A model generated the notes under the pieces. It had not been told where the DNA came from. It worked only from the letters and a program-made list of their open reading frames with translations, and did no database searches. A DNA stretch of 63,164 nucleotides, the filler included, from Klebsormidium nitens (taxonomy: Eukaryota; Plantae; Klebsormidiophyceae), in assembly GCA_000708835.1 (NCBI GenBank). It is 7 parts of 7 records of this genome, joined end to end, with 100 filler letters (N's around TTAATTAATTAA, not from the genome) between each part and the next. Parts side by side here need not be neighbours in the genome. Positions count along the whole stretch, not along the records: positions 1 to 14,619 come from DF238055.1; positions 14,720 to 37,873 come from DF237651.1; 5 more parts are not named here. One strand, given 5' to 3'. Shown here piece after piece: positions 1 to 18,590 of this stretch. The translations under genes were made by a program, and so were the position numbers. The stretch's first letter is position 1. Every line of letters begins with the position of its first letter.

Positions 1-477
1 GACTTGACCTCGGGCGAGCGCCTCGTGGTGAGATGCGTTCGCAGCAGGGGTGGTCGAGGCGACGAGCACGACGCCTGAGGGCTCTTTCTCGACACGGGAC
101 GCCGTCACGAAGTTCATCCTGGCACCAAAGTAAAATCTGTGAGTTTGAGCCGGCCTCGATCGCCCTAAGTCCGAACGACACCTTTGAGGAGATGGAAATC
201 TGCTCATCCATGATAGAGCCCGCCATATCTCTAGCTCCTCAAGGAGCTCGACGACTCCATTCAAGGACAAGTGTTTCTTTGCGACTGCATTCTTTGATGC
301 GCCTTGCATGCTCCTGGCTTGCTGACCAATTAGACCGTCAGGATGTGCGCAGTTATGCATGATGAGAGTTGGCATGGGCCGGCAAGGACTACCAGACGTT
401 CCCAGATGTAGAGAAGTGGCTCTTCACGATTGCAATTCAACCCGTTTGCGGAGAAAGTGCGCGGTTCGGATTCAAAG

Positions 478-2200
478 CCCGGCCCCTGACAATTTGCATA
501 GGCTGTTCTTTACATTTAGATTTGTCATATAGTGCAAATTGACAAGCCTCACCAATCGACTATAACACCGTTCAGAAAAGGCACGGCTTTGGGGTCGAAG
601 ACCTGCCCCTGACAATTCGCACAGGCTTTCTATACATGAAGAATTTTCAACCAATGCAATTTGATAAGCCGGCCATCAAAGCCTCAACAAAGAGCACAGC
701 TTGGGGTCAAATTCGTAAGCCTCGCAAGTCTTCAAGCAGTGCAGATTGACAAGCCCCACCATCGACTCCAAGACTCCCCCCAGAAAGCGCGCGGATTGGA
801 ATCGTTTTTAGGTCGCAACTCTCGCCCCTGACAATTTGCACAGACCGTTCTATACATGAAAAACTCTCAACGGATGCAAATTGACAAGCCCCACCATCGA
901 CTACAATACCCTTCAAAAAAGCGCACGGCTTAGCTCGAAACTCGTACGCCTCGCCCCTGACAATTTGCACAGGCTGTTCTATACATGAAGAATCTTCAAG
1001 CAGTGCATTTTGACAAGCCCGCCAATAATAGAACTTCCAAGAAANNNNNNNNNNNNNNNNNNNNNNNNNNNNNNNNNNNNNNNNNNNNNNNNNNNNNNNN
1101 NNNNNNNNNNNNNNNNNNNNNNNNNNNNNNNNNNNNNNNNNNNNNNNNNNNNNNNNNNNNNNNNNNNNNNNNNNNNNNNNNNNNNNNNNNNNNNNNNNNN
1201 NNNNNNNNNNNNNNNNNNNNNNNNNNNNNNNNNNNNNNNNNNNNNNNNNNNNNNNNNNNNNNNNNNNNNNNNNNNNNNNNNNNNNNNNNNNNNNNNNNNN
1301 NNNNNNNNNNNNNNNNNNNNNNNNNNNNNNNNNNNNNNNNNNNNNNNNNNNNNNNNNNNNNNNNNNNNNNNNNNNNNNNNNNNNNNNNNNNNNNNNNNNN
1401 NNNNNNNNNNNNNNNNNNNNNNNNNNNNNNNNNNNNNNNNNNNNNNNNNNNNNNNNNNNNNNNNNNNNNNNNNNNNNNNNNNNNNNNNNNNNNNNNNNNN
1501 NNNNNNNNNNNNNNNNNNNNNNNNNNNNNNNNNNNNNNNNNNNNNNNNNNNNNNNNNNNNNNNNNNNNNNNNNNNNNNNNNNNNNNNNNNNNNNNNNNNN
1601 NNNNNNNNNNNNNNNNNNNNNNNNNNNNNNNNNNNNNNNNNNNNNNNNNNNNNNNNNNNNNNNNNNNNNNNNNNNNNNNNNNNNNNNNNNNNNNNNNNNN
1701 NNNNNNNNNNNAAAAAAGCGCACGGCTTGAGGTCGAATTCGTAGGCCCCGCCCCTGACAATTTGCACGGGTTTTTTATACAGGAAGAATCTTTAACATGT
1801 GCAGATTGACAAAGCCCCACCATCGATTACAACACTCTCCCCAAAAACAGCGCGCAGATTGGAGTCGATCTGAGTCGCAAAGTCTCGCCCCTGACAATTT
1901 GCACAGACTTTCTATACATCAGTGAAGAATCTTCAAGTAATGCATTTTGACAAGCCCCCGCGGCCGCCACACTAGTCCACTAGGTACTCTCCATTAAGCG
2001 CGCGGCTTGGAGTCAAAATTGTCACGTCTTGCCCAGGCGCCGTCAAAGTGCACAGCCTGCTTTATACATCCAAAAATTTTCACCTGTAGCAGATTGACAA
2101 GCCCCACCATCGAGAACAACCTCTTGAAAAAAGGTGCAGGACCCGGGGGCCAAGCCTAGCTGGCCCGTGACAATTTGCACAATCTGTTCTATACATCAAG
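478..2200. repeat. Degenerate tandem satellite, ~120-130 bp unit, interrupted by an N gap
   Basis: Core GCCCCTGACAATTTGCACAG...TTCTATACATGAAGAAT...GCA(G/A)ATTGACAAGCCCCACCATCGA recurs at ~484, ~606, ~825, ~954, ~1751, ~1868 and ~2165. There are no unique spacers. Confidence 0.85.
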
Positions 2201-3448
2201 AGAATTCAACCTATCATATGCAGATTGACTGGCCTCCATCTCGTGTACAGCTCATTTCAAGCCTGAAACGCGCCCAGTGCGGCATGGCTTCAGTGGATGC
2301 GAAGACGTGTCGACGACTTTTGATGCATTGGCTTGACTTGCCATATGAGACTGTCAGTACGTCAAAAAGTTACTCACTCAAGAGCACGTCAACCTACTCT
2401 ATTGGAGTTTTCCACAACACCACAACATCTGAGCACCCGCAAGAGACCTGAATCAGAGAAATGGCAAGCTGCATACACATACACACCTTAGATTGCACAC
2501 CAGGAGCTACTGGAGCTGGGACGGGCTGCGGCGCGACCAGCTCCCTAGTCGTTTTCTTTCAGGCTTGCTCCCACTCCCATCGGAAAGGCGCTCAGGCCCC
2601 GGCAATTCTGCCCTGCAGTGACACACTATCACACTGGTTGTACTGCATGGGGTTTGAAGGTGGCCCAGCGTCCATAGCGTATGGTTATCGGGCCAAACCG
2701 GGCACTTTCCGTTCGGTTCAGCTAAATCCTAGATCGACGGCGCCCGGATGAACCCGGCCCATCGGACGGCTGAGAAAGTTGGGGGGAATTGGAGACTCGC
2801 GCCGCCCCGTATGAACGCGGGCCCGGCCGGCGGCCGGCCGGCTTCCAGCGCGTGACAAACCCTCGCAGATTTATCGTACGGTCAGGATTGACTGGTCAGA
2901 GCCGGTTATGCAGCGCATGGACGGTTACAGATGGACCACTGGATAACCTCGACTTTGAAGCTGGAGTCAACGTGGGTTCCACTCAACCGCAAGCTACGGT
3001 AGCTGCTACCCTGTGGACTCTGGTTAAGCATATTCCTCTATCCGAACTTGCTCGATGGCAAACTCAATGCTATTGGAATGAGGCAAACAACCTTCCATCT
3101 GCCGCAGAGGACTGTGGTAAAGAGGAAGGAAGAAGGAAGAAAGAAGGAGGTGGTTGACCTTGAAGTTCCTCCAGTTCCGCGATTGACCGACTTTCTTGGG
3201 CTACAGAGAGGCGCCCGTGGTTAGACCAGGTTAGCGCAGGACAACGACCAGGAAGCAGGTTCAAAAGTGAACTCGAGCCCCAGCTGCATTGGAAGGGTGG
3301 ACGTTACTGTCCAGTGTCAGCCAGTGTTTGGGGAGGTATCCATCTGTTTGTTGTGAGTCAGGTTGTACGCAGGGGCAAGTAAATCTTGCATCGCATTCTT
3401 ATCGGCATTTTCTTGTTGACTCGAGGTTCTGCGTCTGCTAGTGCCTCA

Positions 3449-6383
3449 ATGGCTGCTCCAGTGGATGAGCACCTTGCTCTCAAGGTGCAGGACATTCCCC
3501 CTGCCCCGCCATTCCAGAATCTGGCAGGTAAGGGACATGTTTTCTTTACTATATTGGTTGAAAGCTGGTGGTGCTCTTCTAGGATTTGCATGCAAACAGG
3601 ATGAGCAGAGGCAATGCAATGACTCATGAAAGTACTGCTTTGAGTGTGAAGAGACCTGGGTGCAACATGTCAGTCCTATTCTGATGGCCCTAAGCACACT
3701 TTACTCTAGCTGTTTGAGTAGGGGGAGGCGGAAGAGACGGCAGTAGTGTCGGGCCTTTGTGAAGAACAGGCGTACTTTATTCGTGCATTAGCAACTAGAA
3801 ACGGCAGCTTGTACTGAAGGGTTAGTAGGTAGGTAGTGGGGTCTACCTGATACCTTGTCTTAATCACATACTTTAGTAAGGAGTTTTAGCTATGTGCCAG
3901 AGTTGCATGACTGTCACGAGGCACGGCCTTGTTGCAGGCTCCTGACACAAAAACTTGCGCAAGAGTACTCTTTTCCCCTGCAGTCATCCCAGAAGCGGGC
4001 ATGCTTGAGAAGAGGCCGCACTGGGGGGCCTGCAATAAGAACCATGCTCTCAGGTCAGGTGCACCGTACGCGGTTGATGGATGCACAGAGTTCCTGCCCC
4101 TGTCTTTGGACCCTTCTGCTCCAGAGCACCTGGTGTGTGCTGCCTGCGGTGAGTGCTCTTACTGCTTGAGTGGCCCACCCAGGGGTCTCTTTACCCATCA
4201 TCTTGGTTGGGGCCAAAGAGCAACTGCTGACAACTTCCTAAGCCAGGTCAGCACATCCTTTTGGCCACGAAGGCAAGACACAGTGACAATCTCTGTTTGA
4301 TGTGCGCTGTGGACCTTTAATTATTCGTTCTGGACATTGTGAACTCGATGTCCACTGTGCTCTCAAATTAGATTGGATTTGTAAGTCAAGGAGAGGATTT
4401 TCCGACAACGACAGATTCAAGCTTGATACCACAGCTTTGCCACCTCATCCTGTGGTGGTTTGTTGCAACGTGGACGCAGACCCATCCAAAAGTGCCTCAG
4501 GGTTGATTCGATATATGATCTGTCTTGCTTCTGCTGCTGCCTGAGCTTGTTGGTGTTACACTGCGCTTATCTTTTTCCTGCAAAACCGGTTGAACAGATT
4601 TGCTCAATGAGACCTCTCTGTCCACAAAGTTATGCATGGCGGACCATATCACTACCTGGATGTTCTGAAGTAATAGCAGCTTTGCAGCTCTGTTTGACTT
4701 TTGGGATGTTTGGAGCTACCTCCTGGAAACCTCTACTCTCCAGAATGCAACTGTGTCTTTGCTTCTTCTTGTAAGATGCTGCTTTTAACATATTAATATC
4801 TCCTCTTGTAGGGTGCCACCGAAATTTCCATCTCAAAGATGGACAGAGGCCGATCCTCTATGCCACCATTGCGCCAAAAGCGGTGAGTTGCCATCTTCAT
4901 GAATGCAGAATCACTCCCAGCATCTTCAAAGCTTCATCAGAAAAGGTCCTGAATGGAAGTTGGCAGGCTCTTAGTGGATCAATATACCAAAGATGGATTG
5001 GCCAGTAGGTTGCAAAATGCACAAGGTTGTTGTAAAGGCATTGTACGGTTTTCGACGTCCTCTATTTCTGCATCTTTGGCGAATCCATCCAATTGTCATC
5101 TTATTGTCTGATTGGCAATCTAAGATGCAAGCTCCATCTACACTGCTAATTACAACATTTCTCAGGGCTTCAAGAAGGGCAAGGGGGCTGGGGGAGCAGG
5201 CGCTGCGCCGTTTGACTCAGTCGCAGGGCAGAAGCGGAAGAGGAGTCAGTTCACGCCAGAGCAGGTAAAAATGGCAACTTATGTAGGCTCTTACGGCTTG
5301 CCTAATAGCAGAGGACTTCATTTCAGAGTGGCTCCAGAGGGTTGTGAAACGCAGGATTGTTGTTCCGTCAGACCGCCTTTTCATTCTACCAAGCTTTTAG
5401 GCCTGATCTTTTCGTACAAGGTTGATTCTGTCTAGACAAACTTTTTGGAAAGGGCAGTCCGGGCTTACATATGAGAAGGCCTCCGCTCGTGCTTGACACA
5501 AGGTCGTTCCCATTGGGTTCTCAACAAGTCAGTTGCTGCAAACTGAACAATATGTACTAAAACGCACCAGGAAAGGCAAATCAGAATGGCCGGGTCTTCA
5601 ATCACAGAGCCAAAGACAGTTGGCCCGGTTTTCTCAGCAGCCCGGACGTGTGCCTCCATGGATGGAAGGATAGGTGTGTATGCCACTGCAATATCAAAAG
5701 AGTACCATGAGTGAGGTTGCTTTTGATGTTTGAGAATCGAAGATAACCTGTAGTTCTCTTTCGATCGCACTGTGCTCAGCCAAAGGTGGATCGGGTATTC
5801 AAAGGGTCTGTGTCGAAAACGGACTCAACGTCCCTGTGGTGTGCAGCGGGATGCCATGCTTCGATTTGCGGAGAGCATCAACTGGACCACGACGAAGCAG
5901 GACAAGTCGGTCATCCAGCAGTTCTGCAGCCAGATTGGCATCGACAAGAGCAATTTCACGCACTTCCTGCACAACATGTAAGTTCGCGCTCCATTGCTCA
6001 GGGCATGAAGTGCTTTTTAGTATATGCTCGCAAAGCCAAGTGTTAGCTTGTATCCTTCCATACTTTGTGTGTGACTGGTGGGGAGTGCCGCTGTACACCG
6101 ACCCTGATGGTAACTAGAATCCTGTTGTGAGTCCTAGAGATGTGAATCGTCTGAGAATTTTGTTAAGTTCCCTTGAGGCTTGGCGCAGTCCCCTTCAGTG
6201 CTAGAGAGGTGAATTATTCGAGAGCTTGGCGCAGTTCAGGCTTGTCCAGGAGTTTGCAATCAGGTCTAGCTATGTTCCAAGGCATGAACGGGAAGTTTGA
6301 GTTTCTGCAGAAAGAAGAAGAGGTCAAAGCAAGCGCAACCACAACAGGCGGCGGGTCAAGTACCATATGCGACAGGTCCGTAA
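3449..6383 (+). CDS. ZHD: ZF-HD (zinc finger-homeodomain) transcription factor, 6 exons, ~205 aa
   Basis: Exons read by eye, all GT-AG with consistent phases (618 nt total): 3449-3527, 3984-4148, 4812-4882, 5166-5264, 5847-5977, 6311-6383. The product has the ZF-HD dimerisation finger (CNKNHA...AVDGCTEF...LVCAACGCHRNFH) and the ZF-HD homeodomain (KRKRSQFTPEQRDAMLRFAESINW...IQQFCSQIG...FLHN). Confidence 0.9.
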
Positions 6384-7619
6384 GGTTTGATTAGCTATGT
6401 ACAGTGAATAACGTGATGCACAAAAGGAATATCGAGATCTGAACAGTCAATTTCTAAGTACAGGACGGTGCTAAGTTTGCTTTTTCCCCCGATGGTTCTG
6501 GAAGGAATTTGATGTACTTGAAATAGGGCCATTCCAAAGCACGTGTGACTTTGTAAGTGTGGTACGGAGTCCGAACGCTTGTGTTCTGACGTTGGATGGG
6601 ATGTGGCAGGCAGATTGCTGTGGTTCAGCTTATAGGTGCGTATTGCATGATGGTCGCATAATTAGTGGAGCTAGACTCACTGAGTCAGCTAGGGCTGCCT
6701 AATACTCAGGGTTGTCGGAGCATATTGAAGGATAACACCGATGGACATGTTCCTTTGTGGCGCCACTGACCGGCGCTAAGTATGTGTTCGTACTCGGTTA
6801 GCTAGGTTGTTAACACGCATTTCACATGCATGCGACTGTGTGATGGAACTTGGAAGTGTACAGTGAGTAGTGTACCGTGCGGATCTCTGCCAGGTCATAC
6901 ATGTGGTCGAGTCCGACTGCGCCGAGACGGCCTATTGTATAATACATAGCAGGCTGCATGGGCACTATAGCGCCTACCTTCAATAAGGCTTCTACAAGCA
7001 GTGACTGCACACATGATGCCCTGGCATGTCGGATAATGCAAGTCCATATACGGTAGGTAGGTATATATGTTCGAGATATATATAATCACTAATAAGTCAT
7101 GCATGCCTGGCTGCGCGGGTATATACGTACATGCAGCTCAGATATGTACTAAGCGAACTCAGCTACGTGTATCACTGTCATAGTAGCCGGTTAGTATATA
7201 GCTAGAGGTATAGCGTGCATGTGCGCGGAGCCTGGCGGCACATATATCTAGTCCGACACTGAGTCCAACTTATACATATGCATATAAGGTCATTGAATGC
7301 GATTGAAATGGGATAAGACAGTCCAATCGATTGGGCGCTTGGCAGGCAAGTTTGAAGCATGATAGTTCACTGAATCGTTGCGACCAAGACGTATTAACTT
7401 TCTAAGTTAGCCCAACATTACTAATGATACCTCGGGGCCAGGCCGTTAGACATTAGACACATGGCATGCAAATTATATTTACGAGCGACTCCCTATAGGT
7501 GGCGTCAGAAACAACATCAACTGGACAGATTCAATGTCAATCTACTACGCTGTGTCACCTTTCATTGCAAGTCCGTGCGTTGAGCGCGTGCTTTAGAACC
7601 ATTTCTAGTCTCATGTCCC

Positions 7620-13540
<5,921 letters not shown>

Positions 13541-14379
13541 GCTCACAACTGGGGGGGCCCGGCAAGCAAAGTCACCTTTGTACTGCCGCACTAGTGCTGA
13601 GAGAACAGGGTTTCTTGACCTTGGTGACAGCAAACCCTTTCTCCAACTTGGGTCTTGGCTCTCCTCTGGCAGAAAGCTCGGGTTTCAAGACTGTGGGTTC
13701 AGCCTACTGCTTGGCCTTGCCATGGTTTTCTCTAAGCGATGTTTACGGTGGGTGACAAACTTGGAGTAACAGGATCAGAGGACCTTCGCATTGAGTGCAG
13801 CAGGCAGTCGGCAAGCTGGGCGCTCCACTTGTGCAACCTGGGCTCAAGAGTAAGACTTCGTTCTGGGTGGTTCCTTGCACGAAACCCTAAAAGGAACTCA
13901 CGATCTGCACCACCATTCACTGTAAGTGTTCGCAAAGTTTCCTCCGTTAGTCTCTACAATTCTGCAAGAACACGCTGATCTTCCACTGTCTAAACCTCCT
14001 TGCCTTGCCTGCTGCTTTTGCACCACAAGGGTGCCATTGCCATTGGACACTTCGTATTATTGTTGAACACCAACTCAATGTCCAATGGCAATGCACTTTG
14101 GTGTCTTGCATTCAGGAATGAATGCAGCATGATGGAACTTGGAAGGAACTTGGAAGAGACGACCGACCTGGCTGGGCGTCGGCCTCGGAGGGTGGTGTTC
14201 CTGGGCAACGCAAGCTTCACCCCGGGGCAATTTCCCGGGTAGCTCGAGTGCGTCGCATGTGCCCGGTGCAGCGATCCCCGGTAGATAACTACTCTTATCG
14301 CCCGTCCGGGTTTTTCGCTCAGCCATTTTGCCGGGATATATTTCTCGTATCCAACCGGCCTTGCCAGGCGTTGAAGCCG

Positions 14380-14550
14380 GTACGTGGTATATCAGGCCGC
14401 GGTACCCACTCAGGGGTATATCAGCTTGATATACCCCGCGCCGGCCGGGGGTATATCAGACTGGTACCTACCGGACGGGTATTTTAGCCGGCAATTGCCT
14501 GCCTGGTACCCACCGGGAAGTTCCTGTTAGCCTGATATACCCCAGCTTGG
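14380..14550. repeat. Cluster of a GGGGTATATCAG motif in both orientations, with GGTACC sites
   Basis: GGTATATCAG at ~14386, ~14416 and ~14449; reverse complement (C/T)TGATATACCCC at ~14426 and ~14532. It sits next to a gap and resembles transposon subterminal repeats. Confidence 0.55.
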
Positions 14551-14719
14551 GTACCAGACGGTGCGCACCGCCAACATTGACACCAGATCGCCGGATAGCG
14601 CTCAGCCGAGCACGCCGCTNNNNNNNNNNNNNNNNNNNNNNNNNNNNNNNNNNNNNNNNNNNNTTAATTAATTAANNNNNNNNNNNNNNNNNNNNNNNNN
14701 NNNNNNNNNNNNNNNNNNN

Positions 14720-16895
14720 TTAGCCGGCTGTGCCGTCTCGGCACAGCAATCCACCTCCTACCCATAGCCTATTCTACTCGTCCTGCCGCTTGAGCTGCCG
14801 CTCTTCCCAAGCATCTAGCAGCTTCTCAGCCCACTTGCGGCCCTCCTCCTCCTTCTCCCTCTGCGCGCGGTAGGCATCGTACTCCGCGCAACGGGCCTTG
14901 TACTCTTCATCTTCAAAGGCTGCGTCCATCGGGTGCTTGGCACCCTGGGCACTGTATGCGGCACCGACTGCAGGCTGAAACAGGCGCCTTGTTAGTCTGA
15001 GTGGCCTGCAAATACTGTTGGTGAGATGCAGCCACATACGCGGGGTCGCTGGTGTCAACGACCTGCCAATCCCGCTCAAGATCATACGTGGGCGGCGGTC
15101 GTGCACCTAATGCACCGTATGCAGCTGGCGTCGAGTCTAGGGCGCCAGCGCCCTCATCATCAGAGCCGGCGGAGGGTCCAGGGAGTGCAGCTTGGTGCGC
15201 GTTGCCAACCCGGCGGCCCTGCACAAGGGTGGCCATTTGAAGGGTCAGCTTCTCGACCTGAGCTGCTAGCGCATCCAGGCGCTGGGAAAGCCCTCGCTCC
15301 TGGCTACCGCTGCTCTTACCATCGCTCGTCCAGTCGGGTTTGAGCTCAGGGTGCGTCGTCCAGCAAACTGCTTCGGTGTGACCGCGCTTGTGACATGCCT
15401 GGCAGCGGCTGTCCGTGCCAGGGCACCTGTTGGCCTGGTGGCCGGGGTGCCCACACCTGTAGCAAGCAGAGGAGTCGGCAGCGCTGGCTGCATGAGCAGA
15501 TGCATGCTTGGTCTTAGGCGGGCCAGCCTCTGCCCACCCGCGCATCCCAGCAGCATAGGCCTGCGCAAGCTCAACACGCTCAGCAGCCTGCGCAGCATCA
15601 TCCAGGCTATAAATGCCACTGGGGCTTTTTGCCCAGAGGATCGGCTCAATGCGTTCACGCAAAGCAGGCGGCAGGGCATTCACAAACGTCATTGCCTGCT
15701 CACGCGCGTTCAGCAAACCTGTTTCTTCAGCGAGGCGCTCCAGACGGCTCCTTAGCATCCTGCAGGTCTCGTCCTCGCGCTTCTTCAAGGTCTGCAGCTC
15801 GCGCACCTTCGCTGCACTAGCAACGCCGAAGTGCTCCTTAAAGAGCGCAATAACGTCAGCGATGGGATCCCAGTCCCTGTCAGAGGCGCCCTCAGGCTTT
15901 GTGAGAATATCCTTCCTGCGCTTGCGCCAGAGCTGCAGCGCTTCATGCTCAAGATATGCTGGCAATTGAAGCAGAAAGTCCGCCTCAGTTAGCTTTTTAT
16001 CTTTAGACTTCGCTTTTGCATAAGCAGCCAGCAGTCTGTCTTCGAAATCCTCAACCGACTGGGTGCCTGGTCGCCCACTGAACAATCCAACGGAGCTCGA
16101 TGGCCCCGCAAGCAGGGCTGCCCCACCATACTCGCTGCCGATCATTACCAAGTGGACGAGCGCAAGCCAGCGAAACACACCAATCACGGACAAACCCATT
16201 TTGCCGCGGGCAGCTGACAATGATCCTGAAAGATAAGGCGCTGAAAAGCACGCAGTGAACACCCTCCCTGAGGTGCCGAACCAGGTCTCACCGTTTTATC
16301 CTTGTGCTCGGCCGCGGGGTGCAACATACAAGCGCTCACCTGACGGAGGCGCTTACAGAAACCACCGGCGCACACACAAAGGGGGGCCTGCCGGGAGCTC
16401 ACTCGCGTGGGGAGCTCTAATATGGCGCGCTCAACAGTCGCACAGCTGGAGCGTTGCCTCCTGCCTGGCGGCCTGCGCACCAGCAGTTTTGCTGGGGGGC
16501 TCTGCCACAATCCCCGTGCCTCAGGCTGCTCTTCTGGCGACGTGCGCCTCAGCCTGAATTTCTGGCGCACGGCACCTCAGCTTGTTGACGCGCGCTGCGC
16601 CCCTTTATGCTGAACCACCGGCCCTTTTGGGCTGATCCACTTAAAGTGCAGCTCCTTTGAGCTTTTCCTCCGCCCCTTTGGACTGAACTGCTGCCCCTTT
16701 GGACTTGCAGCTGGGCTCCTTTGAGCTCTCACTCCGCCCCTTTGGACTTTGGCTTCAACTCAGAACCCCTTTGGGCTACTGTCCTGCAGGTTGCTCACAG
16801 TACTACCTGCAGCAACTCTTTGTATGTAATGTTTAGCTCCGTTTAACGTGCGAACTCATCACACGGAACTCAATGTTATGGCTGCTGTGAGGACA
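14720..16895 (-). mobile_element. Ty3/gypsy-like LTR retroelement fragment (gag plus probable 5' LTR)
   Basis: ORF 14913-16262 is gag-like with two CCHC knuckles (CYRCGHPGHQANRC, CQACHKRGHTEAVC). The upstream region has CCCCTTTGG(A/G)CT repeats and starts TGTCCTCACAGC at 16895 on the minus strand (LTR-like TG start, inferred). Confidence 0.7.
14913..16262 (-). CDS. gag: Retrotransposon Gag-like protein with two zinc knuckles
   Basis: 449-aa ORF with a capsid-like helical region (F...LP..LR..I) and two C-X2-C-X4-H-X4-C motifs. The true start is probably downstream of the annotated one. Confidence 0.75.
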   Translation of the reverse strand: MFTACFSAPYLSGSLSAARGKMGLSVIGVFRWLALVHLVMIGSEYGGAALLAGPSSSVGLFSGRPGTQSVEDFEDRLLAAYAKAKSKDKKLTEADFLLQLPAYLEHEALQLWRKRRKDILTKPEGASDRDWDPIADVIALFKEHFGVASAAKVRELQTLKKREDETCRMLRSRLERLAEETGLLNAREQAMTFVNALPPALRERIEPILWAKSPSGIYSLDDAAQAAERVELAQAYAAGMRGWAEAGPPKTKHASAHAASAADSSACYRCGHPGHQANRCPGTDSRCQACHKRGHTEAVCWTTHPELKPDWTSDGKSSGSQERGLSQRLDALAAQVEKLTLQMATLVQGRRVGNAHQAALPGPSAGSDDEGAGALDSTPAAYGALGARPPPTYDLERDWQVVDTSDPAYVAASHQQYLQATQTNKAPVSACSRCRIQCPGCQAPDGRSL

Positions 16896-17146
16896 CCGAA
16901 TTGGCAGCCATGAAAGGCGCCAACACTTATTCCTTGTGTATCAGCAAACATACAAAGAGTTGCCTCAGCAACTCACTCGCAGGTCCTAGTACTAGCTCAA
17001 TTGTAGGTATCTCGAAAGTTCGACTTCATCTACGGCTCAGATTGTTCGTACTCATTATCGACGGTCGAAATTACTTGACGCTAGCAAAAGGATAGTAACT
17101 AGCATGGGCCTCGATATTGCCCTGCACCGATGACTTGTAGCATGAC

Positions 17147-18504
17147 ATGTCTGATGAGGAGGTCGCAGCTCTGCTCGCTTGCCTTTCCGGGGATAACCCT
17201 GAGATGTGGCATCGTGTTCCCGGGGAGCGCCTGCGGGGAGTGGTGGGAAGGGTCCTCTTCGAGTTGTTCAGCAATGAGGTCCCTCCGAGTGTCTCGGAGA
17301 TCTATGCCCGTCTCGTTTTCCCGGAGAAGAGCCTGAAGAAAACCCCTGACGAGGCCACCCTGAGACGCCCCCGTGCAGCGAGCAGAATCTTTACCAGAGC
17401 GCATGGGATCAGAGCCTGGGGGAGGCATTGGCCGGTTCCGTGCAGATCGGAAAGTGGGGATGGGGTAAGCAGTCCCTAGATGGCCTCGTCGCTGCCCCGG
17501 ACAAGCATCGGGAGCAGGTCTTCGTGTCCACGTGTTCGCAGCCCGTCCGAGTCAGCGTGCAGAGGGCGCAGCCCCTGGCCAAGCTCTCCAAGTGTTGGCT
17601 CTGCAACAGGAAGCTGCACGATTCCAAATCGGTCCTCGGGAGCACTTGCCGGCAGCACATCCTGAGGATGCTGAGGGCGCTGGAGTTGAAGAAGGAGACT
17701 TTCGACGACCTCCGGGCGCTCATGCACACCGATCCAGCTGAGTTCAAGAAGGTGTTCGCCGACAAGGGGTACGATGCGACCTTGAAGGAATTGAAGGCAG
17801 AGGTGCGGGACGCCCTGAGGGAAGGGACCGGGGAGAACGAATATGAGGTGAGGCACTCGAAAGAACCACTGAAATGTCCCCCTTGCCTGTTGCCTTCAGA
17901 TTCCCTGGTGGCGAAGAGGAGCTATGTGATTTGTAAAGTTTGCGACAACGTACTCAGCAACTTCCACGCCTCTCTTTTCAGGAGCCTGCTCTGCAAACGG
18001 ACATGGGCGACGACGACGACTTCATCGACGACGCAGACCTCTCAGGAGAGGTAAGTCTTACAAGTCAGAGAAGCAGCTGTGACAATGGAAGGCTCGGATG
18101 CAAAGCCGGTCATATTGCTTCGGACATCCAGAACCTCTAGTTTCTCATACTCTTTTCATCTGCTGCAGGACGCTGTAGACTCAGAGGCCCGTGAGGAGGA
18201 CGATTCGGACGATTCTGACGACGAAGTGTCAGTGAGGAACTGCCCTTGCTCGTGCCAAAGCCCCCTTTGCAGCACTTTGGATGCAGATCTAGCGTATGTC
18301 GCCGTGATTCTTCATCTTTTCTCATGGCGAAGCTTGTGCTGGATGCAGGAGGACGATGAAGGGGATGACGGAAAGTTCAGAGTGCATTACACGGGCAGCC
18401 TTCCTCCCCGTGAGAAGAGGGCCAGAAACGGCGGGCGAAGACTGAGCTATGTAGAGGTAGATTCTGCTAGTGATAACGAACTCGTCAGCGAAGAAGATAA
18501 GTAG
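17147..18504 (+). CDS. Hypothetical protein with C2C2-type Zn motif and acidic tail; three spliceosomal introns, one probable frameshift
   Basis: Phase-0 GT-AG introns at 17848-17981, 18051-18168 and ~18232-18348 join in frame to TAG at 18504. Motif CWLCNRKLHDSKSVLGSTC. A one-base frameshift near 17360 is needed to join ORF 17147-17479 to ORF 17428-18054. Confidence 0.5.
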
Positions 18505-18590
18505 GAAAGATGGCGTAGATTCGAGAGTGGATGCGAGTGTAAGAAATGGAGACAGAGACTCGAGAAGTTGTCCGTTGCTTTCGCAGACTT

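Noticed and set aside
707-1823. Long ORFs of 244-338 aa (also those at 49037-49471)
   Set aside because: They are mostly X translated from N gaps.
478-2200. CRISPR-like array
   Set aside because: The units are ~125-bp degenerate tandem repeats without unique spacers, in a eukaryotic context with no cas genes.
6780-7300. Palindrome-rich (CATG, ATAT, TATA) stretch between ZF-HD and UKL
   Set aside because: No terminal repeats, periodicity or convincing long hairpin could be defined by eye.
14664-14675. Palindromic TTAATTAATTAA motif recurring six times
   Set aside because: It always sits in the middle of an N run; an assembly linker with stops in six frames.
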